DNA of 64,000 nucleotides from assembly GCF_009914755.1 (NCBI RefSeq), contig NC_060936.1; one strand, 5' to 3'. The stretch comes from the human T2T-CHM13v2.0 reference genome, Homo sapiens. Positions 42,694 through 58,019 of the stretch are shown piece by piece (within the stretch, counting starts at the first letter, position 1; each line of letters begins with the position of its first letter). Under the pieces are notes generated by a model. It made no database searches. It had not been told where the DNA came from and was given only the letters and a program-made list of their open reading frames with translations. Made by a program: the position numbers and the translations under genes.

Positions 42694-43053
42694 GTTACAG
42701 ATTGAATGTTTGTGTCCCCCCACCAAATTCATATGTTGAAATCCTTACCCACCTCCCAATATGATATTAGGAGTTGAGGCCTTTGGGAGGTGATTAGCCT
42801 CCACCTTTGTGAATGCGATTAGTGCCCCTATAAAAGAGACTCTGGAGAGCTCTCTAGCTCTCTTCCCTCCATGTGAGGCTTCAGTGAGAAAATGGCAGTC
42901 TCCAACCTGGAAGAGGGACCTCACCAGAACCCAACCATGCTGGCACCCTGATCTTGGGCTTCCAGCCTCCAGAACTGTGAGAAAGAAGTTTCTGTTGTTT
43001 AAGCCACCCAGTCTATGGTATTTTTGTAACAGCAGCCAAAGCAGACTGAAACA
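42694..43053 (+). mobile_element. MST/MLT1A MaLR LTR
   Basis: tgaatgtttgtgtcccc...cagcctccagaactgtgagaaag...gactgaaaca. Confidence 0.85.
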
Positions 43054-43354
43054 GAGTCCATCCCATCTCTGTAAAGTGGCATGACAATGAAAAGCAGTTG
43101 CTGTCACATCAGTCTCACCTCCCAGGTTATTTCTGCATTTGCTTTGTTTGTGCTACACAGAGAAAAATCCTCATGTGTGAAGTTAAGAGGTTGCAAACGC
43201 TAACGGTTTTCTTTTTATCAAGTTCCCTTGCAGCTTCAGGACTCTCACCAATTCAGAAGCTTGAAAGCAAAATGGAAGCATATTTTTGTTTCAAACATGA
43301 ATTCCACCTCATATTAACTGCTCACATTCCTAAACTTAAATATAAAAGCCAGGC

Positions 43355-43694
<340 letters not shown>

Positions 43695-43972
43695 CTATAA
43701 CTGACAATATGGCATTACTAAGTGATAACAGGTTACCCACTCATTTGCTTTTGCACAATTTTATACATAAGAAAACTGAGAGATTATTTTGCAATGACAA
43801 GAACATGAGCTGAGCAGATATGACTGATCCTTGCCTGCAACTGACTGTCTGGGATGGATATATGACATGTGGCATAAACATCCAAAAAATTTTACATGAG
43901 CTGAGAAGCAGGATTTAAATTTAGAAAACATTCAGTGGTAATCTTCCAGGAGCACATTCATAAAGAGCAAAA

Positions 43973-45195
<1,223 letters not shown>

Positions 45196-46298
45196 CCGAT
45201 GCAATAGAAATGTACAAAATGAATTGATCTAGCATATAACAGAATGTTTTGTGTTGTGGGTGTTGTTAATAGCTTTAATAGCTGTTAATGAAAACTCAGA
45301 CATTTGCAGATTCCTGAAGCATTTTTACGTACAGTCCAAGCAATTCCCAAATCCAGGCTCACTTAAGAACCCAAGGCCCTGCGCCATGTTTCCTGCCTGC
45401 ATTGTCAGCTTTAGCTCTAGCCACTCTTCTGTGCTCCAGTGTTTTAAAGATAGTTATAGTTCCCTAAAGAGGCCATCATCAGACTCACCTTTTTGCATTT
45501 ACACCTGATATTCCATCCACTGGTATGCCATGTCCCACTTTGTTCTACTGGTGAATTCCTACTTAGCCTAAATACTACCTCCTCCAGAAAGCCTTCCAAG
45601 ATTTCTCTAGGTTCCTATAGCCCTTTGGTACATTAGGTTGAGAGTATCTGTTTGTGGGTGTTCTTCCTCCATGACACTGTGAACTCCTTGGGGGGTAAAT
45701 GTTTTATCTTATTGCTTTGTGCAGCCCCAGTCCCCTGAACTGGTCCCTGGAATAGCAGGTTCTCAGCCAAGGTCAGCCAGAGGAATGAATGAATGAAATG
45801 TTATCACTTAGCTGCCACCCATGTGATGTGATTTGAAAAATGCTGGAAAATCCCGACCTCCCGCCTCCCAGCATATTCCCAATGGACATTTGTAAGAGTC
45901 CCCCGATGAAATGAAATGCCCTTCATAACACCTTAGCTCGTCTTAGCAAATAAGCAGGGGTCAACTAATCATATGAGTCTGGCCATGGCAGCTGGCTGGG
46001 AATATTCCCATGCAAAACCGAGCACAAGAGAGACATGAGAGGAGAGGAAGAGGCCACCTTCAAACAGGGAAAGAAAATCCTACTTTCTCCAGGAAGAGGT
46101 CTTCAGCCTCCCCCTAGTCTCAATTAGGTGCCCCCTTCCCCAAAGCCCAGAGTCCTGCCTCTCCCATTACCCTGTGCTATTATTGACATCATGTATCTCT
46201 CTCTCCCTCTCTCCTACTGAACCATGAACCCTGAGGGACCCAATGTCTTGTTCATCACTGTATCCCCAACAGTCAGTACAATACCCAACACACATTGC

Positions 46299-46373
46299 TT
46301 GCTTACTAGGAATTTGGAGAACAAATAAAATTGATGGTTGCTTATTAGGAATTTGGAGAACAAATAAAACTGA
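46299..46373 (+). repeat. 39-bp-period tandem duplication at an L2 3' end
   Basis: ttgctta(c/t)taggaatttggagaacaaataaaa(t/c)tga twice. Confidence 0.9.
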
Positions 46374-47139
46374 ATTTGAGAACCAACATTTACATCTAGG
46401 AACAAAGTGGGCAGACAGAAAGAAACATGTAGACACCTCTGCATCACTCCTTCTCCACCACAGGGCTGCTAACTCCAACCCCAAGGTGAAGACTGGCAAA
46501 GCGCAGGGAGGTGTGTAGCCCATCACGACTGAGAATGTCTTCACATCAAGCCAGCATCAAGACATCTGATTAGGAAATAGTGGTTGAGTTGGCATGAAAA
46601 GAATTATGAGGTCCCAACATATGTTACTTGACACAGCAAGAACCCACACATTAGTACTTGAACTTCTGTAGCAGTCATGCTGACAGATGTGAGCATTTAG
46701 GCAAATCAAAGAGAGGGCAGCCTTAGCCAGGAGCCTAGGCCCTTTAGTGCCTGCTATGCCATTGATTTTCATGGAAGAGCCCATCTTCTGTGCCAAGCAC
46801 TTCACTGCTGACCCCTTCCCATGCATGATGGTATCTGATCCTGCAGGCTGTGAATTGTTATGTTCATTCCACAGCACCTAGCAGACTGCCTGGTGCTGTA
46901 AGTGGGCACTCCATAAACATTTGTTGAGTGATGGGATGATGAAGGAAATGAGGCTCAGAGAGATTCAAGGACTTGGCCAAGGTCTTTAGTACAAGGTGGA
47001 TCCAGAATTCAAACTCAGGTCTGGCTGAGTCTGGAAATCTACAGGTGGGAAGGCTCCTGCCCTGCAGGCACGAGGGCACGCTCAGAGATTATTGGTCCCA
47101 AGACAATAAGAGTCAACTCATCTTTTTTTTAAATTTGTG

Positions 47140-47345
47140 TCTCCCTCTCCTCCCTCCCTCTCTCTCTCTCTCTTTCCTTCCTTCCCTCTCCCTCTCTCAC
47201 TCTCTTTCTCTATTTCTACCTGTTTCTTTCTCTCTATCCCTCTTTATCTCTCTTTTCTCTTTCCTCTCTCTCTTTCTTTCTCTCCTTCTCTTTCCTTCTC
47301 TCTCTCCACCCTCCCACCTTCCTCCCTCTCTCCCTCTTCCTCCCT
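47140..47345 (+). repeat. CT-rich polypyrimidine tract upstream of exon 3
   Basis: Directly visible. Confidence 0.9.
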
Positions 47346-47357
47346 GCATGTCTCCAG

Positions 47358-47528
47358 CTTTTTGATCCAGTCTGTGAAGATAGGCCGTGGATATTTTGCT
47401 ATTCTGAGGGAAGAGACTGCAAAGAAAAAGAAGCAACAACAACTTCAGAAACTGAAAGAGGAGGAAAGAAATAAATTCCAGCCAGCCGAAAAGATCTCAG
47501 AAATCCACTATGGGGACACCTTATTGAG
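47358..47528 (+). CDS. CCDC60: CCDC60 coding exon (likely exon 3), 171 nt, phase 2 to 2: FLIQSVKIGRGYFAILREETAKKKKQQQLQKLKEEERNKFQPAEKISEIHYGDTLL(S)
   Basis: Long pyrimidine tract then tctccag|C; donor TTGAG|gtaagt; coiled-coil-like K/E/Q-rich peptide (tail of ORF 47137..47532). Confidence 0.95.
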
Positions 47529-47849
47529 GTAAGTGGATGCAGTAGCTGTGGCACTGAAGGTTTTGGGAATGACCATTGAGAGTGAACCCTGCCTGGTAAG
47601 GTCAAGCGAGGGCAGCTATCTCAGAGCACGTGCCCCTTCTCAGCCTGGCATCTAACACCTTCTTTAGTGTGGTCCAACCAACCTTGATAGCCTCGCTTTC
47701 TGGTATTCGCTGGAACATCTTCCACTTATCACTAACCACCCAGCTTAAATGCTGCTCTCTCCGAATACTTCCTGGATTTCAGTCCAACCACCTCCTGCAC
47801 CCATTTGCACTCCAGGTCCCCATAATACGTGTTTATATGCTAGTTTTAG

Positions 47850-48400
<551 letters not shown>

Positions 48401-48819
48401 TAAATTTCAAAACATTCCTGAGATAGGTGCTATCATTGGCCCCATTTTAGAGATGGAGAAATGAGGCTTAGAAGTTAACTAATCTCCCCCAAGGTCAGTA
48501 GTTAGAAAGCAGCTCTGAGTCCCAAACTTAGTGGCACCAAAATCCATCGACTGCACCATTTGGCGTGGACAAAATCCTGGGATACTTTGAGCTTGTGCAG
48601 ACTGAATGAGGCACAAACCAAGGATGGAAAGGAAGTGCCAAGGCAGCCAGGGAGGAAATGCAGGGTAGAAAAATGGCCTGCAGCTGTAGCCACTCTCCTG
48701 TGAGCGCAGCTGTTGCAACCCTAGCTACATATTAGAATCATCTGGCAAGTTTTTAAAAACACCACTGTCCAGGTCAGTTACATTAGGCTCTCTAATATAC
48801 ATTAGCTGTTCATAGATTA

Positions 48820-49567
48820 ATTTTTTTTTATTTCAATAGTTTTTGGGGAACAGGTGGTGTTTGGTTACATGAATAAGTTCTCCAGTGGTGATTTCTGAGA
48901 TTATGGTGCACCCATCACCCAAGCAGTGTGCACTGTACCCAATGTGCAGTCTTTTATCCCTCACCCTCCTCCCACCCTTCCCCCAGGAGTCCCCAGAGTC
49001 CATTATATCATTCTTTTGCCTTTGCATCCTCATAGCTTAGCTCCCACTTATGAATGAGAATATACGATGTTTGGTTTTCCATTCCTGAGTTACTTTACTT
49101 AGAATAATGGTCTCCAACTCCATCCAGATTGCTGAAAATGCCATTATTTTGTTTCTTTTTATGGCTGAGCAGTATTCCATGGTGTATATATATATGTATA
49201 TACATACCACCTTTTCTTTATCCACTCATTGATTGATGGGCATTTGGACTAGTTCTATATTTTTGCAATTGTGAATTGTGCTGCTATAAACATGCATGTG
49301 CAAGTGTCTTTTTCAGACAATGACTTCTTTTCCTCTGAGTAGATACTGAGTAGTGGGATTGCTGGATCAAATGGTAGTTCTACTTTTAGTTCTTTAAGGA
49401 AACTCCATACTGTTTTCCACAGTGGTTGTACTAGTTTACATTCCCGAAAAAAAGTGCTCAATATCGCTAATTATCAGGGAAATGCAAATCAAAACCACAA
49501 CGCAATACCACCTTACTCCTGCAAAGAACGGCCATAATATAAAAAGGAATAGGTGTTGGCTTGGATA
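48820..49567 (-). mobile_element. L1MA/PB 3' fragment with 5' inversion (49447-49567 in + orientation)
   Basis: TSD ttcataga at 48809 and 49568; orientation switch at ~49446. Confidence 0.85.
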
Positions 49568-49799
49568 TTCATAGAATTTTTTTAAGTTCCCCTAAGCGAA
49601 TCCAGTGTGAAGCCACAGTTGAGAGCCGTTAGGCTAAGGCTGCCTTCAGGAATCCAAACTGCCAGGTCATTTGCCAAAAATGAAATGGAAGCCACGACAG
49701 ATACCCACTTTCCTCTGCACCATTTCCCAAATTCTGTTCTTGAGAATGTTAATTTACAGAATGTGAATATGTGCTTCTTATAAACAAGGGTCCTGTCAA

Positions 49800-50249
<450 letters not shown>

Positions 50250-51879
50250 AACAAGGGTTCTTGTCTATGAGGCCTGGGGTATTGAGTCAGAGGAGAACAG
50301 GACCTCTTTAAAGCCCAGGGTTCCAGGTGATGGATGAGAACCCAGACTGCAAGACCTCATGGAGCTGGTATATTTCCAGTCACCTCCCCCAGAATCATGG
50401 CTGTTGGGATCCCAGAATATTGTGGAAAGGGTCTCTTCTTTGACTCCTCATTGGTGTAGACCCTGGGATCAGCACAAATTGTGCCTACCTGACCAAACTC
50501 AATGGCACCCATAGATTCTGATACTCCTAGTGACAGACTGGCAGCCTTTCCCTGGAATAAAGAGAAGGCATGAACTCATGGCTCTTTTTTCAGGAGCTAT
50601 GCTCAGATTGACAGGCAAACCCAAAAAGCACTGGGGAAAGATGGTGTCTATGAAAGACACTCCTGTACCTGTTTAAATGGCTTGGGTGTCTTGTTCCACT
50701 TGTTTGGATGGAGTTTCTCATCCATGGTCGTAGAACGCAATTCTCCCCTCTCCAATCCATGTTTCAGTGTGTGAGAAATGATTTATTTAAAGTTTAATAA
50801 GTTTAAATATGCATGAGATCGCTCCTCTTGTAGACTTTGGTCTGGTTATGTCTTATCTGGTAGGTTCTATGAGTTATACAAGGCTGGTTATTAAAATAAA
50901 ACTGGAAGTCATTACAGCAATGTAGCCATCAAATGCGCGGGTGGGAGGGTGTTATAAAACAGCATTAGGAGATTGTCTACACCCAGACAGGGTAGTAGTG
51001 GTGAAGTACACAAGCCTTGGAACCCGTTAGGACTTCCCCCATACAACTGTTTCACTTTGAACAAATCCCTGTACCTCTCTGAGTCTCCTTTTCTTCACGT
51101 ACATAAATAAATGGTACCAAACTCCCAAGCTTATTATGAGGATTAAATGAAATGATACTTAGCCTAGAGTCTACGTATAAGACATGCTCAGTAATTGTTC
51201 CTATTATGACGCAATAAAGTGAGTTTGAGCTCTCTGAGCCTCAGTTACCTAAAATCCTTAAATGTATGGCTAAAAATCTTAATTTCCATGAAAGCTGAAA
51301 AGCATCTCACATCTAACAGCAATGCTTCTATAGATAAAATTCCAATCACAAAAGTATAAAAAATACAAGTTTCATTTATAAATACTTTTTAAACAAAGTA
51401 TTTGATCTTGTGCATCATAAAAGCGAAAGGAATTATTTTCTCCTCTCTGGATCTAAGACCATAGAATACATTCTTTTAGACAAAAATTTTAAGTCTGACA
51501 AACTATGCAGGGAAAAAAAAATCAAGCACATCCCCAAAGATTTCTGCCTGCAAGCAGTCTTTCCCACTGTGCTCAGTGACCTCATTTTTCAGCTGCAGAT
51601 TCAGCTGAAAAGGTGGAAAAAAAAGTGACGGGTAAAATTTGTTTTATTATTGTGGTTGAGAGAAGACATAAAACCAGAGATTAGGGATGTAAAAGCTGGG
51701 TTAATTTCCACATATCCTAAACCACTGGAAGCATGGTTGAGCCAGTAAGAAAAGGTCACAGCAAGGTATTTGCTGTGGTTTTCTCAGCTCTAGGATTGAA
51801 TAAAGAGTCAGTGGAAGTGAACATTGGAGGACATAGATTCTGGTCCTAATTTTTGTTAACTCTGTGATTCCAGAATTAT

Positions 51880-52960
51880 CCTCAAATTCCCAGGAGGAAG
51901 GTAAACCCCTAACGTGTGTCCCAGCATCATCTCCACTGGCCCCCTCCATCCCATTCCCCACACTAAGCCCCAAGCTAAGTGATCTTTTCAAAATATAAAT
52001 TGCACACAGCCTAACACCCTCCATGGTTGCCATTCCTCACAGGGTAAACACAAAAGTCTCAGCAGGGGTTCCAAGGCCCTGGATGGTCTAGCCTGTGGCT
52101 TGCCTCTCCAGCCCCAGCTCATAGCCTCCTTTTACTCCCTCTACCCAGCCACACTCTCCTACTTTCTTACTCATGACATGGCCTCCTCTACAGAGTCTTT
52201 ACACATGCTGTTCCCTCTGGCTGGAAGGTCTTTCCCTCCTCCATTTACCCAGTTAATTTCCATTCAACCTTCAGATTTCAGCTCAATATTTACTTCTGCT
52301 ACAGTTACTATTGCCATGAACACCCACTCTAAAACTTATTAACTCAAGATAATCAGAACTTCTTTCTCTCATAAATCTGCAATTTGAGTAAGGCTCAGAG
52401 GGGCAGCTCACAGGACCCATTTCCAAGACAGCTCACTCACATTGGTGGCAAGTTGTATTTGGCTGTCAGTTCGTGAGCTTGGTTCCTTTCCCTGTGGGCC
52501 TCCTCACAGGCTGCCAGCTTCCCCACAGCATGGCAGCTGAATGCTGAGTGAGCATCCCAGGACACAGGAAGGAGAGGTTGCCAGTTCCTGGTGCCCGGAA
52601 TCACATGACTTCTGACATATTCTGTTAGGTCAGCTGGTCACAGAGCCAAATGAACATAGACCTACCTCTCGATTGGAGAAGTTTCAAAGAATTTGGGGGA
52701 CATGTTTTGAAATTTCCACAACTTCCTCAAGGAAGTACAGTATTCCCTGGTTTCCATTTCAGTCAAATTTACTATTCTAGGCTATTAAAGCACTTTCTAT
52801 TGGAACACTTATCACAACTGTGTGTTTGGTTGTACCCATCTCCCCCACTAGACTCAGCTTCGGAAGAGGAGAGGCTGCATCTGTTTCATACATTGCTGTA
52901 TTGGCAGCCCCCAGCTCAGAGAAGAGGTTCAATAATTATTGGTAGAAATGAATGAATCAG
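51880..52960 (+). mobile_element. L2 fragment with nested MLT1 (~52300-52720, -)
   Basis: gtgatcttttcaaaatataaat...tttacacatgctgttccctctggctgga...gaatgaatgaat. Confidence 0.7.
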
Positions 52961-53259
52961 GGAACCTGTCAATGATCCAATCAATGAAAGTACTTACACT
53001 GCAGCTCAGAAACTAAAAGGCCTTCAGGTAACAGGCAGATGGCATGAATTAGAAAGAAAGGCAGAGAGTGAGAACAGGGATGCTTGTGTTTGGGGTAACT
53101 GAAGAAGCACACACCTCATTCAAAGCAGTCTGTGGCCCATCATTCTTGTGTAGAAACACAGGTCCCGAGTGGCCAGAGCTTTCAATTTTTTGAAGGCCAA
53201 AGTTTTTTCATTTTTATGTGACATCTCCCAATTTTAAAATACAGACAATTGATTCAATT

Positions 53260-53331
53260 GCACACACGCACACACACACACACTCACAGAGAGAGAGAGG
53301 AGAGAGAGAGAGAAAGAGAGAGAAAAAGAGA
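53260..53331 (+). repeat. (CA)n(GA)n compound microsatellite within a MER102-like element
   Basis: Directly visible; host element tentative. Confidence 0.8.
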
Positions 53332-53343
53332 GTGGATTAATTA

Positions 53344-53690
<347 letters not shown>

Positions 53691-53884
53691 TATATATCAT
53701 ATGACTCAAGCATGACAACAACCACCCCCCCCCAAAAAAAATCCTATTTTCTATAACGGAAATGATTTGCTCTGCTGTAATGGTGAAAGAAAAAACACCT
53801 AAATATGGTATTAAATTGCTGTTTCCAGAACACAGCTGAAAATATACCTTGTCTGGCCCTTGAAGCAAACATTTCCAACCCTAG

Positions 53885-54268
<384 letters not shown>

Positions 54269-54457
54269 GAGGGCAGGGACTTTTATATGCTTTGTTAAGG
54301 AACTGCATCTGAAACCCTCATCCCTCCAGCAGAAATTATTTGCCTGATACATAGTAAGTGTCCAGTCATATCTGCCGAATAGACCGTGGCAAGAGAAGAA
54401 GGTGTTCAAAGCTACTGCTCATTGTTCACATTGTTTCTCTGTCTGCTTGTCCTTCAG

Positions 54458-54565
54458 CACATATGATGATGAGAAGTTGAAGACACTGGGAGCTAGAGTC
54501 ACACGTCGCCCATTCACTCCCATCCACAGCTGCATCATTTCTCCCTCGCTAACCGAGGCTCACGT
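54458..54565 (+). CDS. CCDC60: CCDC60 coding exon (likely exon 4), 108 nt, phase 2 to 2: TYDDEKLKTLGARVTRRPFTPIHSCIISPSLTEAH(V)
   Basis: Acceptor ttgtccttcag|C; donor CACGT|gtaagt; frame continues from the previous exon (AG+C = Ser). Confidence 0.93.
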
Positions 54566-55149
54566 GTAAGTAGTCTCACCTCCAGCTCATTTGCTTTGCT
54601 AGCTTATAAATTGAAGCCGAACTGAAATGACTCAACGAGCTGTCATGTCAGTAGCTGTTCCTTTGTCCTCTTGAAAGGGACATGGAGCCTGGAGCTGGCA
54701 AAGCTATTTGGCATATAAAAATAACAGAAAGTAGACACAGTGGTTTACAGCTAAGTGGCAAATCAGCTGGGACTGAGTCATTTCATTTCTTGCCAAGCCA
54801 GACGCTCTAATGTCAAATAGTTTGCAAAGCCTGATAAAATCTGTCTACAGCCCTCATCGAGTGTGTGCGAGAACATCTCAGCCTGTGCTCAGGGGCATGT
54901 TTTCCCCAAGACTCAAGGAGCTGTTTCCCAGAGAAGCCCATCCAGTTTTCTGACCTGAGGCATGAACTCATCATTGTGTGGTGCAACAGGAACTAATCAA
55001 CCTTCCAAAGAACACTCTTGCTTTCTAAAGTCTTGATGTCTTGTTCCCCTTGTGTCTATTCCAAATCTCAAGCCCAACTTTTTCTTTTTCACCAGTTAGC
55101 ACTTTTCAGCTGGAAGATTTCAGGCACAGGGATACAAGCTTCTGACTTT

Positions 55150-55356
55150 AGGGCAGGGTTTTTCAGCCTTGACACCGCTGACATTTTGAGAGAAATAATT
55201 AATTCTTTGTTGTGAAAGGCTGTCCTGTGTATTGTAGGATGTTTAGCCGCATCCATGGCCTCTACCCACTAGATACCAGTGTTGACAACCAAAAATGTCT
55301 CCAGACATTACCAAATGTCCCCTGGGAGCAAAAGTGCATGAGCCCCCACCGTACAT

Positions 55357-55415
<59 letters not shown>

Positions 55416-55440
55416 CACATTGAGAACCACTGCTTTAGGG
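55150..55440. mobile_element. MER20 with (CA)n at 55359-55412
   Basis: gctgtcctgtgtattgtaggatgtttagc...ttgagaaccactg. Confidence 0.85.
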
Positions 55441-55918
55441 CAATGGATTCATTTAGAGCTGTGATACAATGATTCCAGACTTCTCTGTCTGCTCATTTGT
55501 CAAATATTTATTAGGCTTCTACAGTGTTCACAGTGATAATGGCCACTCCTCATCACTCTGTAGCATTATCTCACTCAGTCCTCTCAGCCTCCCTGTTGTG
55601 TAGGTGTATCATTATCCCCTCTCTGCAGATGGGAAAGCAGAAGCTCAGAGACATAAACTCACCTATTCAGGGTCACAGAGGTCAGTGTGTTGCTGAGTCA
55701 GGTCGGTCTGACTGCAAAGCCCAAGCTTTCATCACCACACACTACATAGAACATATATCCCAAAGCCTTGTCTTTAAGGAGCTCATAATATATTTGGCAA
55801 GCCAAGTTTCCTATACTTGAAGAGTAAAAGAATACAAGAGTGAAATCATAGGATAAGATGGCAAACAAAAGAAAATCACTAATAAGAGTACTTAGTTCAT
55901 GAATGGAAGATGCAAAAA

Positions 55919-56468
55919 CCATCACCAACACCATCATCATCATCACCATCATCCTCATCACCATCATCACCATCACCATCATCATCATCATCACCATCAC
56001 CATCATTATCACCATCATCATCACCAGCATCATCATCATCACCATCATCCTCACCACCATTATCATCACCATCATCCTCACCACCACCATCATCACCACC
56101 ATCATCATCACCATCATCCTCACCATCATCATCATCACCATCATCATCACCATCATCATCACCACCATCGTCACCATCATCCTCACCACCATCATCACCA
56201 CCATCATCCTCACCACCATCATCACTGTCATCATCACCATCACCATCATCATCACCACCATCATCACCACCATCCTCACCATCACCATCATCATCACCAT
56301 CATCATCACCACCATCATCACCATCATCACCATCACCATCATTATCACCATCATCATCACCAGCATCATCATCATCACCATCGTCCTCACCACCATCATC
56401 ATCATCACCATCATCCTCACCACCATCATCATCATCACCATCATCATCATCACCATCATCATCATCAC
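55919..56468 (+). repeat. ~550-bp (CAT/CAC)n trinucleotide array
   Basis: Directly visible; strictly period-3. Confidence 0.97.
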
Positions 56469-56965
56469 ATTGTGTTGGACACATCCTTATCCCTCCCTAA
56501 TATTTCAGTCATTAATGAGCCCTATCCCACTCCATCCCATCCCACTGTCCCCCTACCTCTCTTTGATTGGTATTATGATTATAATATTCCAGCTGGCAGC
56601 CTAAGCTTGATGTTCTTAAAGCATCTCCTTGCAAAAATAGGCCTTGCAATTTCTCATGATGTCTCTTCAGTACACTTGCACTTCTGCCCATCTCTCCCAT
56701 GGACAAGACTTCTGAAACCAATTGGAATAGAACCAGTGGGCTTTCACTTGCATCTGAATCGTCTGGGGGTGGGGGAGAGCAGGGAGGAAATGTTTCTGAG
56801 AATGCATATTCCTGAGCCCAATCCACAATTTATTTGGTCTGAGCCATTGAGGCTTACTTAAATCAGCTATGAAGAGAGTTTCTTACCCATCTTCTGTCAA
56901 TGTCAGATGGGAAAACTAAAGCCCAGAAAGGGGGAAGAACCTGCCAAAAGTCTCACAACAGGAAT

Positions 56966-57626
56966 CTTTTTTTTTAATTTTTTTATTTCCATAGGTTTTT
57001 GGGGAACAGGTGGTGTTTGGTTACATCATTTCTTTAGTGGTGATTTGTGAGATTTTGGTGCACCCATCACCTGGGCCATATACACTGCAGCCAATTTGTA
57101 GTCTTTTATCCCTCACCTCCTTCCCACCCCTTTCCCTTGAGTCCCCAAAGTCCACTGTGTCATTCTTATGCCTTTGCATCATCATACCTTAGCTCTACTT
57201 ATGAGTGAGAACACAGTATGTTTGGTTTTCCATTCCTGAGTTACTTCACTTAGAATAATAGTCTTCAACCTCATCCAAATTGCTGCAAATACCATAAATT
57301 CACTCCTTTATATGGATGAGCAGTATTCCATCATATATATATAGTATATATATGTATATATATATGTATATATAGTATATATATATGTATATATGTGTGT
57401 ATATATATGTATATATATGTGTGTATATATATGATGGAATACTACTCATCCATATATATATATATACACATATATACACACATATATATACATATATATA
57501 CACATATATATACACACACACACACATACACACACACACACACACATATATATATGCCACAGCTTCTTTATCCACTCATTGATTGATGGCCATTTGGGTT
57601 GGTTCCACATTTTTGCAATTGCAAAT
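56966..57626 (-). mobile_element. L1MA/PB 3' fragment containing a (TA)/(CA) expansion and a fold-back duplication
   Basis: TSD tcacaacaggaatctt at 56953 and 57627. Confidence 0.9.
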
Positions 57627-57751
57627 TCACAACAGGAATCTTGATCTCCTGACAGCTAAGTCAGATCTTTACACCAGGTTTGTTACATAGGCTATTACTA
57701 TTATTATTATTATTATTATCACAGTGGATGTGGTTCATATTTGTATTGGAC

Positions 57752-57950
57752 CAGGGGTCAGCAAACTTTTCTTTAAAGGGCCAGACAGTAAAAATTTTAG
57801 GCTTTGCTGACCAGGTGGTATTCCTTGCAACCACTTAACTTTGCTGTTGCAGCATGAAAACTACAACAATGGATGTGGCTATGTTCCAATAAAGTTTTAT
57901 TTACAAAACCAAAGTGGCAGGCCCACAGGCTGTAGTTTGCTGTAGTCCCT
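57752..57950. mobile_element. MER58A
   Basis: caggggtcagcaaacttttctttaaagggccagacagtaaa. Confidence 0.85.
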
Positions 57951-58019
57951 GTCCAGCACTGAAGGCTGCCTTTTCTTATCCTCAGCTGTTCAAAGGCTCT
58001 GGCTGCATTTGATGACTTT

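Noticed and set aside
55698-56861. Long ORFs (320-aa poly-His, 256-aa Met/Val, 195-aa poly-Asp, etc.)
   Set aside because: A by-product of the stop-free CAT/CAC array; there is no splice or promoter support.
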